The notes: generated from the sequence alone by a model not told the origin. A stretch of 64,000 nucleotides of DNA from Glycera tridactyla (GCA_965644265.1 OZ286470.1:9920001-9984000); one strand, 5' to 3'; shown: positions 48,295 to 61,862, numbered from the stretch's first letter. Translations and numbers: made by a program.

Positions 48295-51200
48295 TTGCTT
48301 GGCGGAGGTAGAAGAGGGAGAGAAAGAAGAGTTCATTTGGAAGAGCTGGCAATGATCATCATTGCAACTTGCGAGGAAAATAACATCGTACACTTGAACA
48401 GCGACATGCTTATGGCTGATGTAGTATCACAATATAATTGCTTGAGTAGGGAGATGTATGCATTCAGGAAGCCCCTCACATTCAAGTATTTGAAGTTGAT
48501 GTATAGTAATAAATCTCATCCACTGCATGGTATAGTCAGAGATAAATGGCCCACAATCATGGATGATGTTGAACCTCTGCATCATTCACAAGATGATGTT
48601 GAAGGTTCAATCCATGGCATCAGCGTCAGTGAGGTGCCTGGTCATATACTGTGTGAAGCTGAACCTCACAAAGATAGGGCCTCTGACCCAAGTGATGCTG
48701 AGCATATTGAAAATCCTTGTGGAGATGCAGTTGCTCCAGCTGAGTACAACCAGCCACTGTTGCAATTGAATGAAAGCATTATGACCACTGGTTTTGATGG
48801 GGGGCAAGGTCATATGAATTTGAGGAGATCAAGTGTGACTGAGGGACAACAAGATCGCCAAACTGTGCATCATTGCTCACAGTATTGTGTTGATGCTGAC
48901 AATACCAATCAAAGGGAATTCTCTAGCAAAGTTGGGCAGTCATTTGGGAATATATTTTCATCGACACAGACCCCTCCCATTTCACCCATACCAGAGAGTA
49001 TACCTGGCCACATTTGTCACCCAAGTCACTCTAATTTTGGTAATTATGTTTCCTCGAAAACTGATCACTTGAAATTGCAGGTACATAAACTAAGAATATG
49101 CACTGGTTTCGATAGTGGCCATGGCCATTCATGCGAGTTTACTAGCAGTAGCAATTTGAATCAAGTACACCAGATTGGATCTATGCATGGATCATTCTCA
49201 TTGACTGATAATCGCAATTGCCAAGGTGGTGATATCCATGCTTTGCGTAATCACATAGTATTATCCAAAGTATGTGCTCCGACAAATAGGCAGAGAGGGA
49301 CTCATTCAAATGAGGTTTGTTATACTGCTCAAACTGATATACAATGTAATACCATGACAACCACTTCCGATTTGAATGTTCAGGCCCTGCATGATATCAT
49401 CTCTGACCGTAATGAGACAAATTTATCCTCCGAGTTTGCTGAACAAGATACTGCCCACACTGACATTGTTTGCAGCATCCCTTCAAAACCTATTGTGATT
49501 TCTAATCTTGGGCAGTCTCACACACATTCAGCTACATCATCAGAATCTTTGTCAATCAGTGGAAGTTGTACTGCCGATACACACAGTGTCAATCTGGATA
49601 TAGATAACTTATCCAATGATATTCCTGCCACAAGTAGTCTTGATAATATGGAGTTTAAGTCACATATAGATAAGAAAGAATTGGTGGCTGCTTCTATCCC
49701 ACATGGCATCAATTGTGTCATGAAGGAGAAAGCAGGTTTTCATGAGTGCAGCCTTCAGGTGGATTCACAAAGCAGTGACAATGTTGGTAAATCCATTGAC
49801 ACCCATGTGGATGATATCAGGTCAGTGCTATCAGGTGAATGTGATCGCACAAATGAGTTACAGGTTGATCGAAAGGAAGATGATACTGCCAACACTGACA
49901 TTGTTTGCAGCATCACCTCAAAACCTATTGTGATTTCCAATCTTGGGCAGTCTCACACACATTCAGCTACATCATCAGAATCTTTGTCAATCAGTGGAAG
50001 TTGTACTGCCGATCCACACGGTGTCAATCTGGATATAGATAACTTATCCAATGATATTCCTGCCACAAGTAGTCTTGATAATATGGAGTTTAAGTCACAT
50101 ATAGATCAGAAAGAATTGGTGGCTGCTTCTATCCCACATGGCATCGATTGTGTCATGAAGGAGAAAGCAGGTTTTCATGAGTGCAGCCTTCAGGTGGATT
50201 CACAAAGCAGTGACAATGTTGGTAAATCCATGGACACCCATGTGGATGATATCAGGTCAATGCTATCAGATGAATGTGATCGCCCAAACGAGTTACAGGT
50301 TGATCAAAAGGAAGATGATATCAAAAGATCTGAAGGCTTTATTGTAGGTAACACAATAACTCATCAGTCTGTTGGCTGTGTGCAGGTATTTAGCCAAACA
50401 AGGGAAAATATGATCGCTTTTTTATCAACTGGTTCCCTCAATACAGTCTTTGATATTGATGAGAGTTGTCGAATGATAGAAAATATCATAAGCCCAATCA
50501 AATCAAAGATGAGTGACAAACACTTTTCATTATTTACCCAACTTCGCAAAGTAGGTAGCAGATATTTGCCTCGAAGGAAATGGGAATTTATGTTCAGTGA
50601 GTTATTAGAGCAAAGTAATAAGCTCTGTACATTTTCATTCTGCAATCATTACGTTTCTGTTGCCAAAACAAATCAATCTCATCTTTTTACATGTCGTGCA
50701 AGATGTTCATATAGAGGGTGTGATGTTAATGCTAGTATGGCACTGAAAAATAATGGAGATATTGACATCGCATTCAAAGGTAGGCTTGGACATATTGACA
50801 AAAACGAAAGCATTACAGAAGCTGAATCAGTCACTCAATTTCAAGCATATTCCAACCATCCTGAGAGCGAGCATGTGGCCAAAGTTTCTCAGGGAACAAC
50901 TGGTGAATTACCTGTTGGAACTGATCATAATGCAATACCCAAGAATAAAAAAGATGCTCATGGTGATGAATTTCAATGTTCATCAGGGACACAGCCTTTG
51001 TGTTGTCCTGACCGAAATGTATTTGAAATGAAGCAGGTCGTTATTGAATTTCTTTCTACAGGCTGTTTCGACTATGGTATCATTATTGATGATGTTTTCT
51101 CGATAATAGAAAATGTTCTCCCCCTTGTTGTGACCCAGATGAAAAGAAAAGATCATGACTATCTCATGAGATCATTCAAAGGTCCTAGCTCATTTCACAT

Positions 51201-54200
51201 TCCAAAGGCGAAATGGCAATCAATAATTCACAGTCTTGTATTTGAAAGTAATACAGTATGTGATTTCTCTTTCAGCAGTTATCGAATGCCTACAGCACAA
51301 AGGGCTCATAACAATTTTATTTTAGAGAGTAGAGGAAAGTGTTCCATGAGGACATGTGGGGTTTCTGTATTGGTCAGAGTGAGAAAAGGAGGCCAGGCTG
51401 AGATCAGTTATGAAGGCAAAATTGGCCATGGGATTCCAAAACAAAGTGCCAGCTCAATTTTGCAGAGTCTTAGCTCCACAACAGAGAGATATTCCAATAA
51501 TAATGAAAGAAAATCACAGAGTGATCACATATCTGGTGAACTGTCCATCACTCATCAGAGTTGTGATGAGGTGGAAGCTGATAGTCCACCAACATCAAAA
51601 AATAAACTCGGCAGTATGAGAAAGATTCCTACAGATAATTCTGATATGGAAGTCTTGTCTCCACCTGAAGAAACAAATCAAACAACTTGTAAAGATATAG
51701 ATTCTAAAATGAAACAGGCTATGCTTGACTATTTGGCAACTGGACATATTGATGATAGCATTGATATCAATAACACTTTCTTGATGATAGAGAATCTAAT
51801 GCCAACCATGAAGACACAAGTTTCAGACATTGATCTAACAATTCTTTTGTCTTTGAGAAAACCAGGGAGCAGATATCTTCCTAGAGGGAAATGGGAGTAT
51901 ATGTTTGTTGAGCAGCTAAAAAAAAGTAATAAGTTGTGTTCCTTCATTTTCAAGGAAAATTATATATCAGTAGCAGTGAAGCAGAAAAAAAAGGTTATTT
52001 TCACATGTAAAGCTATTTGTAAGCATGGAAATTGCTCGGTGAGTGCTCTCATTCGTCTTTAAATGGATGGCACTGTGGATATATCTTACAAAGGCAGAAT
52101 TGAGCATGATAGTAAAGCTATTCATGCAAGACCCATTCGTTCTCCAGAGCGATTGAAACTATATTCAGAGTTCAAGTCAGGTATATCCCCAAGTAAAATG
52201 TATCATGATAAATTATCAAGAAAAGATGATGATGAATTGCTCCATGGTAATTTGGATGGAATAGGTATGACCCAATCGGTTATGCAGAAAATCTCATCAG
52301 AGTCAAAGGTCGATGGTCAAATAGATCAGAGCATCTTTTCACGGCTATGCATGATGAAACAGCAGTCAGAAACACTGTCGAAAGGGAGGAAGGTAATTGG
52401 AGATATCCAATATGTTTCTATGGACCCAACTATTGTGATAATTCTTAGTGAATCAGGTCTCAATATCTGGCATAATAATGTTAAAAATGATTATGTATTC
52501 CTTGATTCCACCGGAAGTGTTGCGAAGGCACTACCAAACAAGAGCAGTTTTCTTTATTATGAAATTTGTGTTCGCAATAGAGATATTAAACAACCCAACA
52601 TACCTATTGCGGGGATGGTTACAAATGACCAGTCAGAGTTTGCTATGACTCAGTTTCTGAATAAGCTTATTCATTGTCAGAAGAAGATGTTTGGATTTTC
52701 TGCAGTTAGGCTCCCATTACAAATCAGAATCGACAGATCATATGTCCTTCTAGCCTCTATTCTCAAAGCTTTCAATAATGAAACTATAACAGATTTTGCA
52801 CTGCGAAGTTACAGGATAATAACAGGATGTGCAGAAGGAGATGACCTCAAGAAAGTTAATCCTTCTGCATGCATTGCTCATACCATGAATTCTTGGAAAC
52901 ATCATTCCAAAACTCGTTACACTGGCGATATATCATTCATTATGTTTGCATTCAGTATATTGGCATCATCTACCTCCTTAATGGAATATAACACAAATTT
53001 GTACAATTTCTTTTATGTATTGCTCTCCGAATATAACACTCATTCAACAGCAACCTGTAGCCAAAAACTCTTATCATCAGGCAATGACAAAACACATCAA
53101 ATTTCGGAAATCATTGATAGCCATCAAGATGCTGAAGGAGTAAAAGAAGAAAACTCAGAAGAATCCTATATGAAACAGGATCTCAAGTCTCCATTCAGAG
53201 AGATGGCACAGAGATTGAAATATCAAGTATGTGCAGCGATTGAATCAGATAAAAGTGATGAGTTTCCAAAAAATGCGAGACACTGCCCAGACATGATTGA
53301 CTTTTTCATAAAAAACTGGTCAGCTTCGGCCCACTTTTGGTCAAATCTTGTCTGTGGGGATCTAGGCCGACATGGGAGTAATGAATTATACAAACAGTTC
53401 ACTTTTCCAATGAATGTTGGCGTACACTCATATAACGCTCATTGTGGCACCAACACTGCTGCTGAGCAGCGTTTCAATATAATCAAAAACATCCATGCAC
53501 TTGGAAGCAAAATTATGAGATTGGACGTCTTTATTCAAAATATGGTCAAACATTTCAGTGATGTCCACAAAAAGTATTTTTTTGATGATTTCAAACGAAG
53601 TAATACAAAATTATTAGAAGAGAAATGGGGTAAAAAGAAGACAAAAACAAAGCGTAAAATTGGATTTTATCAGGGCACTCCAAAGAATGTGAGCATTTTG
53701 AAACAAACAAAAAAGATCCGAATAGACTCAGATTCAATCAACTCGGAAGTGACTTGCATGCAGGGGTCAGATGTCAAGAGAGTTGCAGAAGATATTCCTC
53801 TCAGTACCAAAAAGCAACGGGTAACTCCCTCTGTGACTCAATATTTGGCACAGAAAAATATTACCACAGTTGGCAGCTCATCGCAACAGCGTTCAGAGCC
53901 GAAGTTCATACAGTTATGCAATATAGCACAAAATTGCTGGTTTAATGCCATATCTCAGGCATTCATTGGTACCACTTTGATAAAGACTTTTCTTGAGAGA
54001 ATCTCATATATGGTTGATTTAACCAGTCTGTTTCATATGAAATACAAAAAAGTATTCTGGCTCTGGAGTAATATGTTGAAGGGAAAACATATACCTGCTA
54101 GTGAGATGGAGAGCGTATTAGCAAGCCTTGCTGATAGAGGAATCATGGGTAACAATTATTTCAAATTTGGCCATCAACATGACGCACATGAAGTTGTAAC

Positions 54201-56733
54201 CACATTGATAGATCGCTGCATTGAAGAATGTGGTGAGCATTTTTCTCTTGACATTTTACACCAGTCACAATGTAGCACGTGTGAAACTCAATCAATACTT
54301 GATGTTCAGACTGTCAGTAATCTATCACTGACTATCCCTGTTCCAAGAAAAAATTTAAGAAAATTCTCAGTATCATCTCTTCTTGATGAGTATCTTTTGG
54401 AGAAAACACCTATGCAAACAAAGTGTAACATCTGCAATACACATTTGAAGAAAAAAATGAGTTTTTTGAATGCCCCGGAAATATTAATCTTCCATATTAA
54501 AAGGCATGATTTGGGTCCAACTGGGATACAGAAAAATCGGACAAGTGTGTATTTCGAAGAAATTCTGCCTATACAGGATTTTGAATACCGGATACATAGT
54601 GTTGTAAGACATAAAGGGACAGACCTACATAGTGGACATTATGTTTGTTATGTCCACCAAAATAATAATTTTTATAGATTAGATGATGACAGGCGACCTG
54701 AAATTGTGTCAGCATTAGATTCCATTTATGAGGAGGCATACATCTTGGTGTACACTAGATTTGATCCTGATCACAATCTGTCATCTTTGCCTAGCTCTGT
54801 TTCTTCTTTTCTATCGCTGGCATCATACAATAAACTAATCATTGAAGAAGTAGAATCTCAGTTGAAACATGGATGCCTGTCTCCAAATGTCACTGTCTTC
54901 TTACAATCTCTCTTTCATGGCAAGATTGAGATTGGACATTTACAATTTCTGTTAGGATATCATGGCATCCGTGACATCAAAAATCTGAACTTATGGACAT
55001 TTGTTGACTTCTTATTTACAAAGTTGCTACACAGTAGTAAGATTTTCACCTTTAAGATCCATCACAAAATATCTTGTCTGATTTGCGAATGCAAGCATGA
55101 TTTGATAGCAGCAATTTCTATGATATCATGCACAAACCTAGCTACACCACCAAGAGACTTTTTTGAGCAGCAAATCCGTACATCATCTAAACCCAATTGT
55201 CATGATGATTTCAAGATAATGGATTCATATTGCATAAGACCATCAAAAATGATTACGATCTATTATGAGACGATGGATAAGTTTGATATCTCAAATTTGA
55301 AGCAGCTGAATTTTAGTAATTTGTCACAAAATATGTATGAGGTATGTTATACACTTACAATGTGTCTCCTGTGTGAAATGGAATGTGTCAAGTGCTTAGT
55401 TGAAGAAAATGGTGAATACAAGGAATATGTCAATGGAAAGCTCAGCGATATTGAGATGTCATCTTTTGGTTCCAACAGTAGTGCCCTCCTATTTTATGAG
55501 TTGAATGAGACTAGTTGTTGCCATGACATTAAAGTAGAAATACCTATTGACATGAATGAGTATATTCGTGTATCAGAGGAGAATGTAGACCTTTTTACAA
55601 TCGATGAAAAGCTGTCAGCATTAACTGATGACTATGTTGATGAAATATGTGCATTTAACCAAACCATGTATTTCCATGATATGAAGATTCTGCTGTATGG
55701 GGGAGATCTCACCAGTAGCATCATCAACATGTTCATCACTTTTATTGCTTCGATTGCCAAACTAGACAGAATCATAGTATGTACATCTCTTGACTTTTCT
55801 CGATTACAACAACAAGAGTCTCCAAAGTATGAGCAGGGAGATTTTTGGATGAAAAGTGATTTTGTTTGCATCCCGGTTAATATATCACAAGGACAATTCA
55901 GGCATTGGGTCCTACTTTTCGTATGTCTGTCTGAGAGATATGTGCTGTACTTCGATTCGTTGTCTGGTTATGATGCTAGTATTTCTGAGGCCTTGTTCAA
56001 GCAATTGTCTTATGAAAAGTTTCTCATGAATGAGCAGTTTGAGAGGAATATGTGGAAAGTAATCAACATGTCAAAACATCCGACCTTCCCATTACAGAGA
56101 GATTCACACAGCTGTGGTGTTTATGTCTGCATGATTGCTGAATGTCTGTTGACATTTAAGGATTTCCCTTTGACCATCAGACAACAAGACTTGGATTCCT
56201 ATAGGATTAAAATACTATCCCTCTTAGTGAATCAGAGTAATTTACAAACCACTAAGCTAGTCAGGAATATCAAGGATATTTTCATGGTTGCAGAGTTTGT
56301 CGAATATCATTCGCACAAGATAGCAACACTATTCATTCCAAGCATTGCTGATAAGTATATTTCAAAAATAAAGCCATGGCATCAACGGCACAATATTATG
56401 ATGTCCAATCCTGTCCACTTCAGAAAAGCTAAACTGGAAGGCTTTGCCAAGTATTACATTGCCGATGATGTCATTGATACAATCGCTGACATCATAGAGA
56501 GATGTGTGACTCACAAATTTTCCAAGGGTATATTTTCATTAGCAACATCCCATCTCAATATCGATGGTTGTGATCTGGTTAATAACAGATTCACAAATGC
56601 AGAGTTTGCTTCCTACTTGACGGATGTCCTGACGAAAGAAATTTTGATCCTGATGTTTCGGGTGCAATGTGGCATACAGTATGTCAGGATAAACAATTTA
56701 TTTTGTGCATCTGAAATATCGCTAGCACAATAG
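48295..56733 (+). CDS. Giant NOF/Rehavkus-like (Mutator superfamily) transposase fused to USP (C19) and Ulp1 (C48) proteases; ~2812 aa, one in-frame TAA at 52060-52062
   Basis: LDSTG (D, 52504), IDRS (D, 52732), CIAH (52870), NTAAEQRFNIIK (E, 53464). USP: NIAQNCWFNA (C, 53935), QHDAHE, HKGTDLHSGHYVCY (H, 54637), LDDD, AYILVY. Ulp1: HWVLL (55903), YFDSL, QRDSHSCG (C, 56113). The two track ORFs are in the same frame, separated only by TAA. Confidence 0.8.
49447..50319 (+). repeat. In-frame 435-bp (145-aa) tandem duplication inside the giant ORF
   Basis: GATACTGCC.ACACTGACATTGTTTGCAGCATC starts at 49447 and 49882; the copies are highly similar throughout. Confidence 0.9.
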
Positions 56734-59700
56734 AATTGTAATGGGGTTCAACTTTATGTCGTCTCTATATTCTGTCTAATGAGAAGAGTATACCATCATG
56801 CATGACCACTTGCCAAGTAGTTTTCTCGCAAAAAAAGCCTTCACATTTATCATAGTGTGATGCCATGATATCGAGGCTGTCCTAACAAAGACAGTCCGGC
56901 TTTATTTCTGGATTAGCGTATACACAGCCAATCAATGAAAGGGAAGAAAGGGTAGGGAACTGCCAATGATGAAGATGATCACAGAATGAAACTGAAGCAG
57001 GAATCAAGATAAAATGAGACAACTTCAGGGACAAATCCATGATACATGACTTCCACTTTCTGTCATTACTGTTGAACCAATATTTCTTGATGCCATAGTG
57101 ACAAAGATCACATATGCTTCATCTGTGCTCAGTTTCATTTTAACTGGCTACAGATCAAAGCTTTTTCATCAAACACCTTTTAGGAATGTATGTCCATTCA
57201 GTCTTTCAAGTTCTAAGGATTTAACTATCTTTGACATCAGGTGGAATCATATTCCAGACCTTCAGATCATGTTTTCTGAAATTTATCCTATACATTTTGA
57301 GTCACTTGAGGGCTCCCAAACAGAAAATATCATGACTTCGCCCATGATCATGGCAAGGGTCTTTCAATATAGTGTGGGTGATGCCTATGAGACAGAAAAC
57401 CAACCATTCATTCTGCAAACAACCTCAAATTTCTCTGATGAGTATCAAACATTAGAATGTATTTATTTAACATGTGAGCGATTTAACATGTGACATGGAC
57501 ATCCATTATTTGGAATTCGCATGAATAATTCGATGTTTTGCCAGCTCAATTCATTGACTTTTGGATCTCAAATGTCAGTGTAAGTGGAATTTGTAACATC
57601 ATTATAGAGTGTAGTGTTTCATACTTGTTTTTAGGTGGTAGCTATGGCTATGGGATATTGCATGCCATCCTCAACAGCTAGAGTTTGCAATGGGTCTAGT
57701 AGGATATTCTTCAACACAGTGAAAAAATTGTGTCGAGTGATTGCATGCAATTCCAGCACGACTTCTGTGCCATATTTTAGATAAACGTTTCCATGGGGCA
57801 GGTAGAAATATTCCCATTCTTGACAAATCAATTTTTCTTTCTTTTGATGGATGGACAAAGGTGCTGTGCTTCTTGTCAGTTCGGACTACTGCCTGAAAGG
57901 CCTAATGTTGTGCCCTACCCAGTAGTTCACCTGATCAAACAAATTTCCAACAAATTTAGATCAGGCAAATAATGCCTCAAGATGTCTACACCTCTATCAG
58001 GCAATGCATACTGCTTGCATGACTCCTACGAAATGCTGTGGTCTCATTTTAGCTGTCCTGCATGTCTGAGAGAGATGTAGAAGAAGGAAAGCATGTATTT
58101 CTATTCATAGTCCACTCGAAGCTTCTGATTAAAACTACTTGATTAAAATTACTCATATCTTGTTTGAAATTATTTGGCACTTAGCTTGGGATATGTTTGG
58201 CCATGGACCCAAGAAAGTAGTACCCTTCATGCCTTTATAATGGCAGGTTGCTGACCAGATGGTCAATCCACATATGATTATAGCCCATTGAAGATATGCT
58301 TACTCTTCATCGCGTCAACTAAGCTTCTCTCTCCTACATATCATCAATAAAGTCAAATGTGTCAGGATTTACTGAAATATTGATACTGGAGAGCTATGGC
58401 ACCTGGATGGGTGATGCTGTGTAGAACCTGCACCCACTTTGGGTATAATGGACAAGTATGTTACTGAATATGATGTGTTGTACTTAACTGACATAATTCC
58501 CACTATGAGTCATCCACTCATATACTATTCCAAATGTATTGTTCCAAACATGGGTGTGTTGAAAATATTTGAGAATACCCTTCCTACTGATATTGGTCTA
58601 GGAATCCAGCAGGTCACAACTGAGATTTAATACTTTTAACCATGAAACAACTATGCCAATCTGTACAGTAAATCATGAACTTGTGATGACAGATGCTTGT
58701 TTTTTTCTAGATGTTCTGGAAGTGCACTACGAGCTGATAATTATTGAAATAATCTTTTCTCATTTTGCCAATCTACCATCTTTTCTCTTCTTTGCTTTCC
58801 CTCTTCATTTTCATTTATTTCAGATTTCAACAATTTTGATTATAAAAATTGGCCCAGTATTGAATGTTGTCCTGATGTGGAATCTGCAATTTTCCTAAAG
58901 GTAGTTGACAAAAATTGTGTTCATGACCCAGCCATTAAATTTTCCACCCCGGTTCACAGGATTGCTCAGTACTGCAATTTTCAAACACATATACATCAAT
59001 CAGTCTGCAGTCAACTGTGCTGAACTGTCCTTAACATCCACGATATTTTCCTTCTCTTTTTCATGACAGCGGGCTGGCAGGCAAACTGACATTTGACATC
59101 TGGTTACATATTTAAAACATATTTGACTTTCGAAAAAATATTCTACCCCAACTTTTCTATTGAGCTAGAATTGCAATGTTGATAATGTTCAAATTCAATT
59201 TGTCTGAGACCTCCAATGCCTTAGAGAGAGAAATTTGTGATTTTTTTACTCATCCATGATAGTTTATTTTTTTCTTTCACAAGGTACAGCAAAGTTGCTG
59301 GTATATCGATTCCAGAAGAGTTAGAGTCCTGGACAGACTCAAGGGTGTTTTGAGTGAAAAACCTCCCTAATGCTGTACAGGGCTCTCAACCTTTCCAAAT
59401 TTCAATTATTGTGACATTGTTCATGGTTATTTAGGTTTGATAGACTCAATGAAACTCCAGCGAGTCCAAAAAAAAGCTGTGAGAATAATAACATGCAGCC
59501 CAAGATTTACAAGTAGCTTGCAATTCCACAGTCAGTTGGTTTTGCCATTCCTGTCACACCTAGTGTTTTGCAAACAAGATTCTGTCCGAGATTATGCACA
59601 AGCGATATTTTGATTTGTCTGAGCTTCTTCCTGAGAATATTGATTACAAATTGAGAACCAGGAACTCTCTTTATGGGACGATGCAGCTCGATTGATTTAT

Positions 59701-61127
59701 ATGTGAAGGGAACATTTTGAAGTCTAAATTGAATAATATCCTTTACATTGGAAATGATTATGTAATCATCTATTCATGACTGAACATCTTACAAAGTGAT
59801 ATTAATCCAAATTGGTGCTTGTATTCGACTATCAAACATGACAATACCACAAATAATATCATAGTGGAATCCAAATTGAATGTAATAATGAACATGAGAA
59901 ACAGTTTCATGTTTCATGTGAATCACCCCTCCAATTGCTTTGTTTCATCTTCCATTTTATCATTCATCATTTTTCATATTAGTCAAGGTGTATTGAAATG
60001 AAGTCCTATTATCAAAGTCCGATTAATGTATGAAAATCATACTGATCAGCTTTCGACCCTATTCCTATTGTATGGTCACTACTGAGTGGCGTGGCAGGAT
60101 GTCATGTTTTGAATCAGATGACAGCATACAGGTGAAGTGAGTCTTTTCAGATGATGCCATTGTTCCAATGTTGACTGCATGGCAGTTACTATCTCAATTG
60201 CAATTGGACTGCACACCTAATAGTAATAGATACCTTATACAGGCCAACCTCCATATGTTGTTCTCATTCATTCTATAACATTTGTGAGCAGATCATGGTT
60301 ATATTTAATTAGATAATTGACATACCCCCTCAATACATTTACAATCAAACATGATCAGTCTCTGCATTGTTGACAGATCACACATAATCCTTGACATATT
60401 CTCAATTGAACATAACTCCTAATGCATCTATACAGTATAGCTCACCATTGTGTACCTGTATATTTTCACGACGGAAAACACCCAGTCATCAGCAGAATTT
60501 TATTCAGCATTTCAATGTTGGATGAGACGATGATATACATAAATATAGTTTTCCGAAGTGAGCTCCCTCCAAATTGATGACCTCTCTGATAGAAACTTGT
60601 CACACAATCAGTGATAGTGAGTGGGGTGATTGGTTTCAGTATCAAATTTCCATATATATATATGTATGCAAATCCTAATGAAAAGAAATATATACCCATG
60701 TTGGTGATTATGTATCAAAAATATCTCGAATGTGATGCTATCTTGCAGTTGAAGTGGAAGGTTGTGAAATTGTGATTGAGAACAAGTTTTCATGTTGTTC
60801 CCAATTTGGATAAAGAAATAAAACTCGAACATCATCTATATTCTATATTCTTCTCATTTTTCAAAACCTACACTGTGATGACAATAGGGGGAAGAAGTTA
60901 TTGACTGGCTTTCAATGTACTATCTATCGTTAGGGACTGGACCACCACATCCCTCCTCTAAATGATATGCCATGCGTATATCAAAGCAGTTGAAGACTAA
61001 ATCCAAATAGAATGATTGAGATGTGCTGGAGAACGCATTTTCTTACACTCATGAAATTGAGAAGATGATTGTTGCTGTGAATACCAAGTACAAAAGTGAG
61101 TGAAGATCATAAAGAGGGTCACATGAG

Positions 61128-61320
61128 GTTCTGAGAGCTTGTCCAACCCAGTGATGGGTCTTCCTTATGAAAGTGGTTCCCTACTATACACTACATACAT
61201 CTTCTATATGTGACTATCAGAGAAAATCCTAGCCATGTTTTTTTTCAAGAGGTGGGGTCCCAGGACCCTGTTGTACGTACATTTTCCCTACTTTCACTAT
61301 ATTGGGAAAGCAGACTAAGC
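61128..61320 (+). repeat. Isolated degenerate partial monomer of the downstream satellite
   Basis: GTCCAACCC, GAAAGTGGT, GAAAATCCTAGCC, CCCTACTTT.ACTA and AAGCAGAC occur in the same order as in the 317-bp unit. Confidence 0.6.
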
Positions 61321-61862
61321 ATCCATTTTTTTTCTGAACGTGGTTTCATGTATTAATAAAAAGAAACTTTTATTCAAACTCAACATGGAACAGTAACAAG
61401 ACATTGACATATTGTTTCCAATCAGACTACATGAGTGGAGAATTCAATACGATTACACATACATATAAAATACTATGAATATCGACACTACGTACGAAAG
61501 TTAACCTCACTACGTACTCACAATCATTCCCTTGCATACACCTATCATTCCACATTTCACTCACACTTTCATGCACTACTACTCACAAAATCATTTCCAC
61601 TGTGGTTGCTGATAGCTGAGTTCAGGGAGACATACATTGTCTGTGCTCTTTGCCTTATTACAGATACTAGTATCATATTGCCATACATTTAGAGCATTGA
61701 AAAGTACTTTCAAATGTCAGCTCTTGAAAGATCCAACAGTAGGTGCATCTTGTATATGTGAGCCAAGACAGTTCCAGTATCTGGAGCCTCTAATTATGAA
61801 GGATCAGTCAGTAATCTCAAGCTTAGTTCTTGGTATATAAACCAGGCTGCTAATGCTCATTC

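Noticed and set aside
47931-59200. Terminal inverted repeats for the giant transposase
   Set aside because: Only a short CAGCCATTA match (~58930 versus 47940-48) was found by eye; no convincing TIR or 9-bp TSD, so element boundaries are left undefined.
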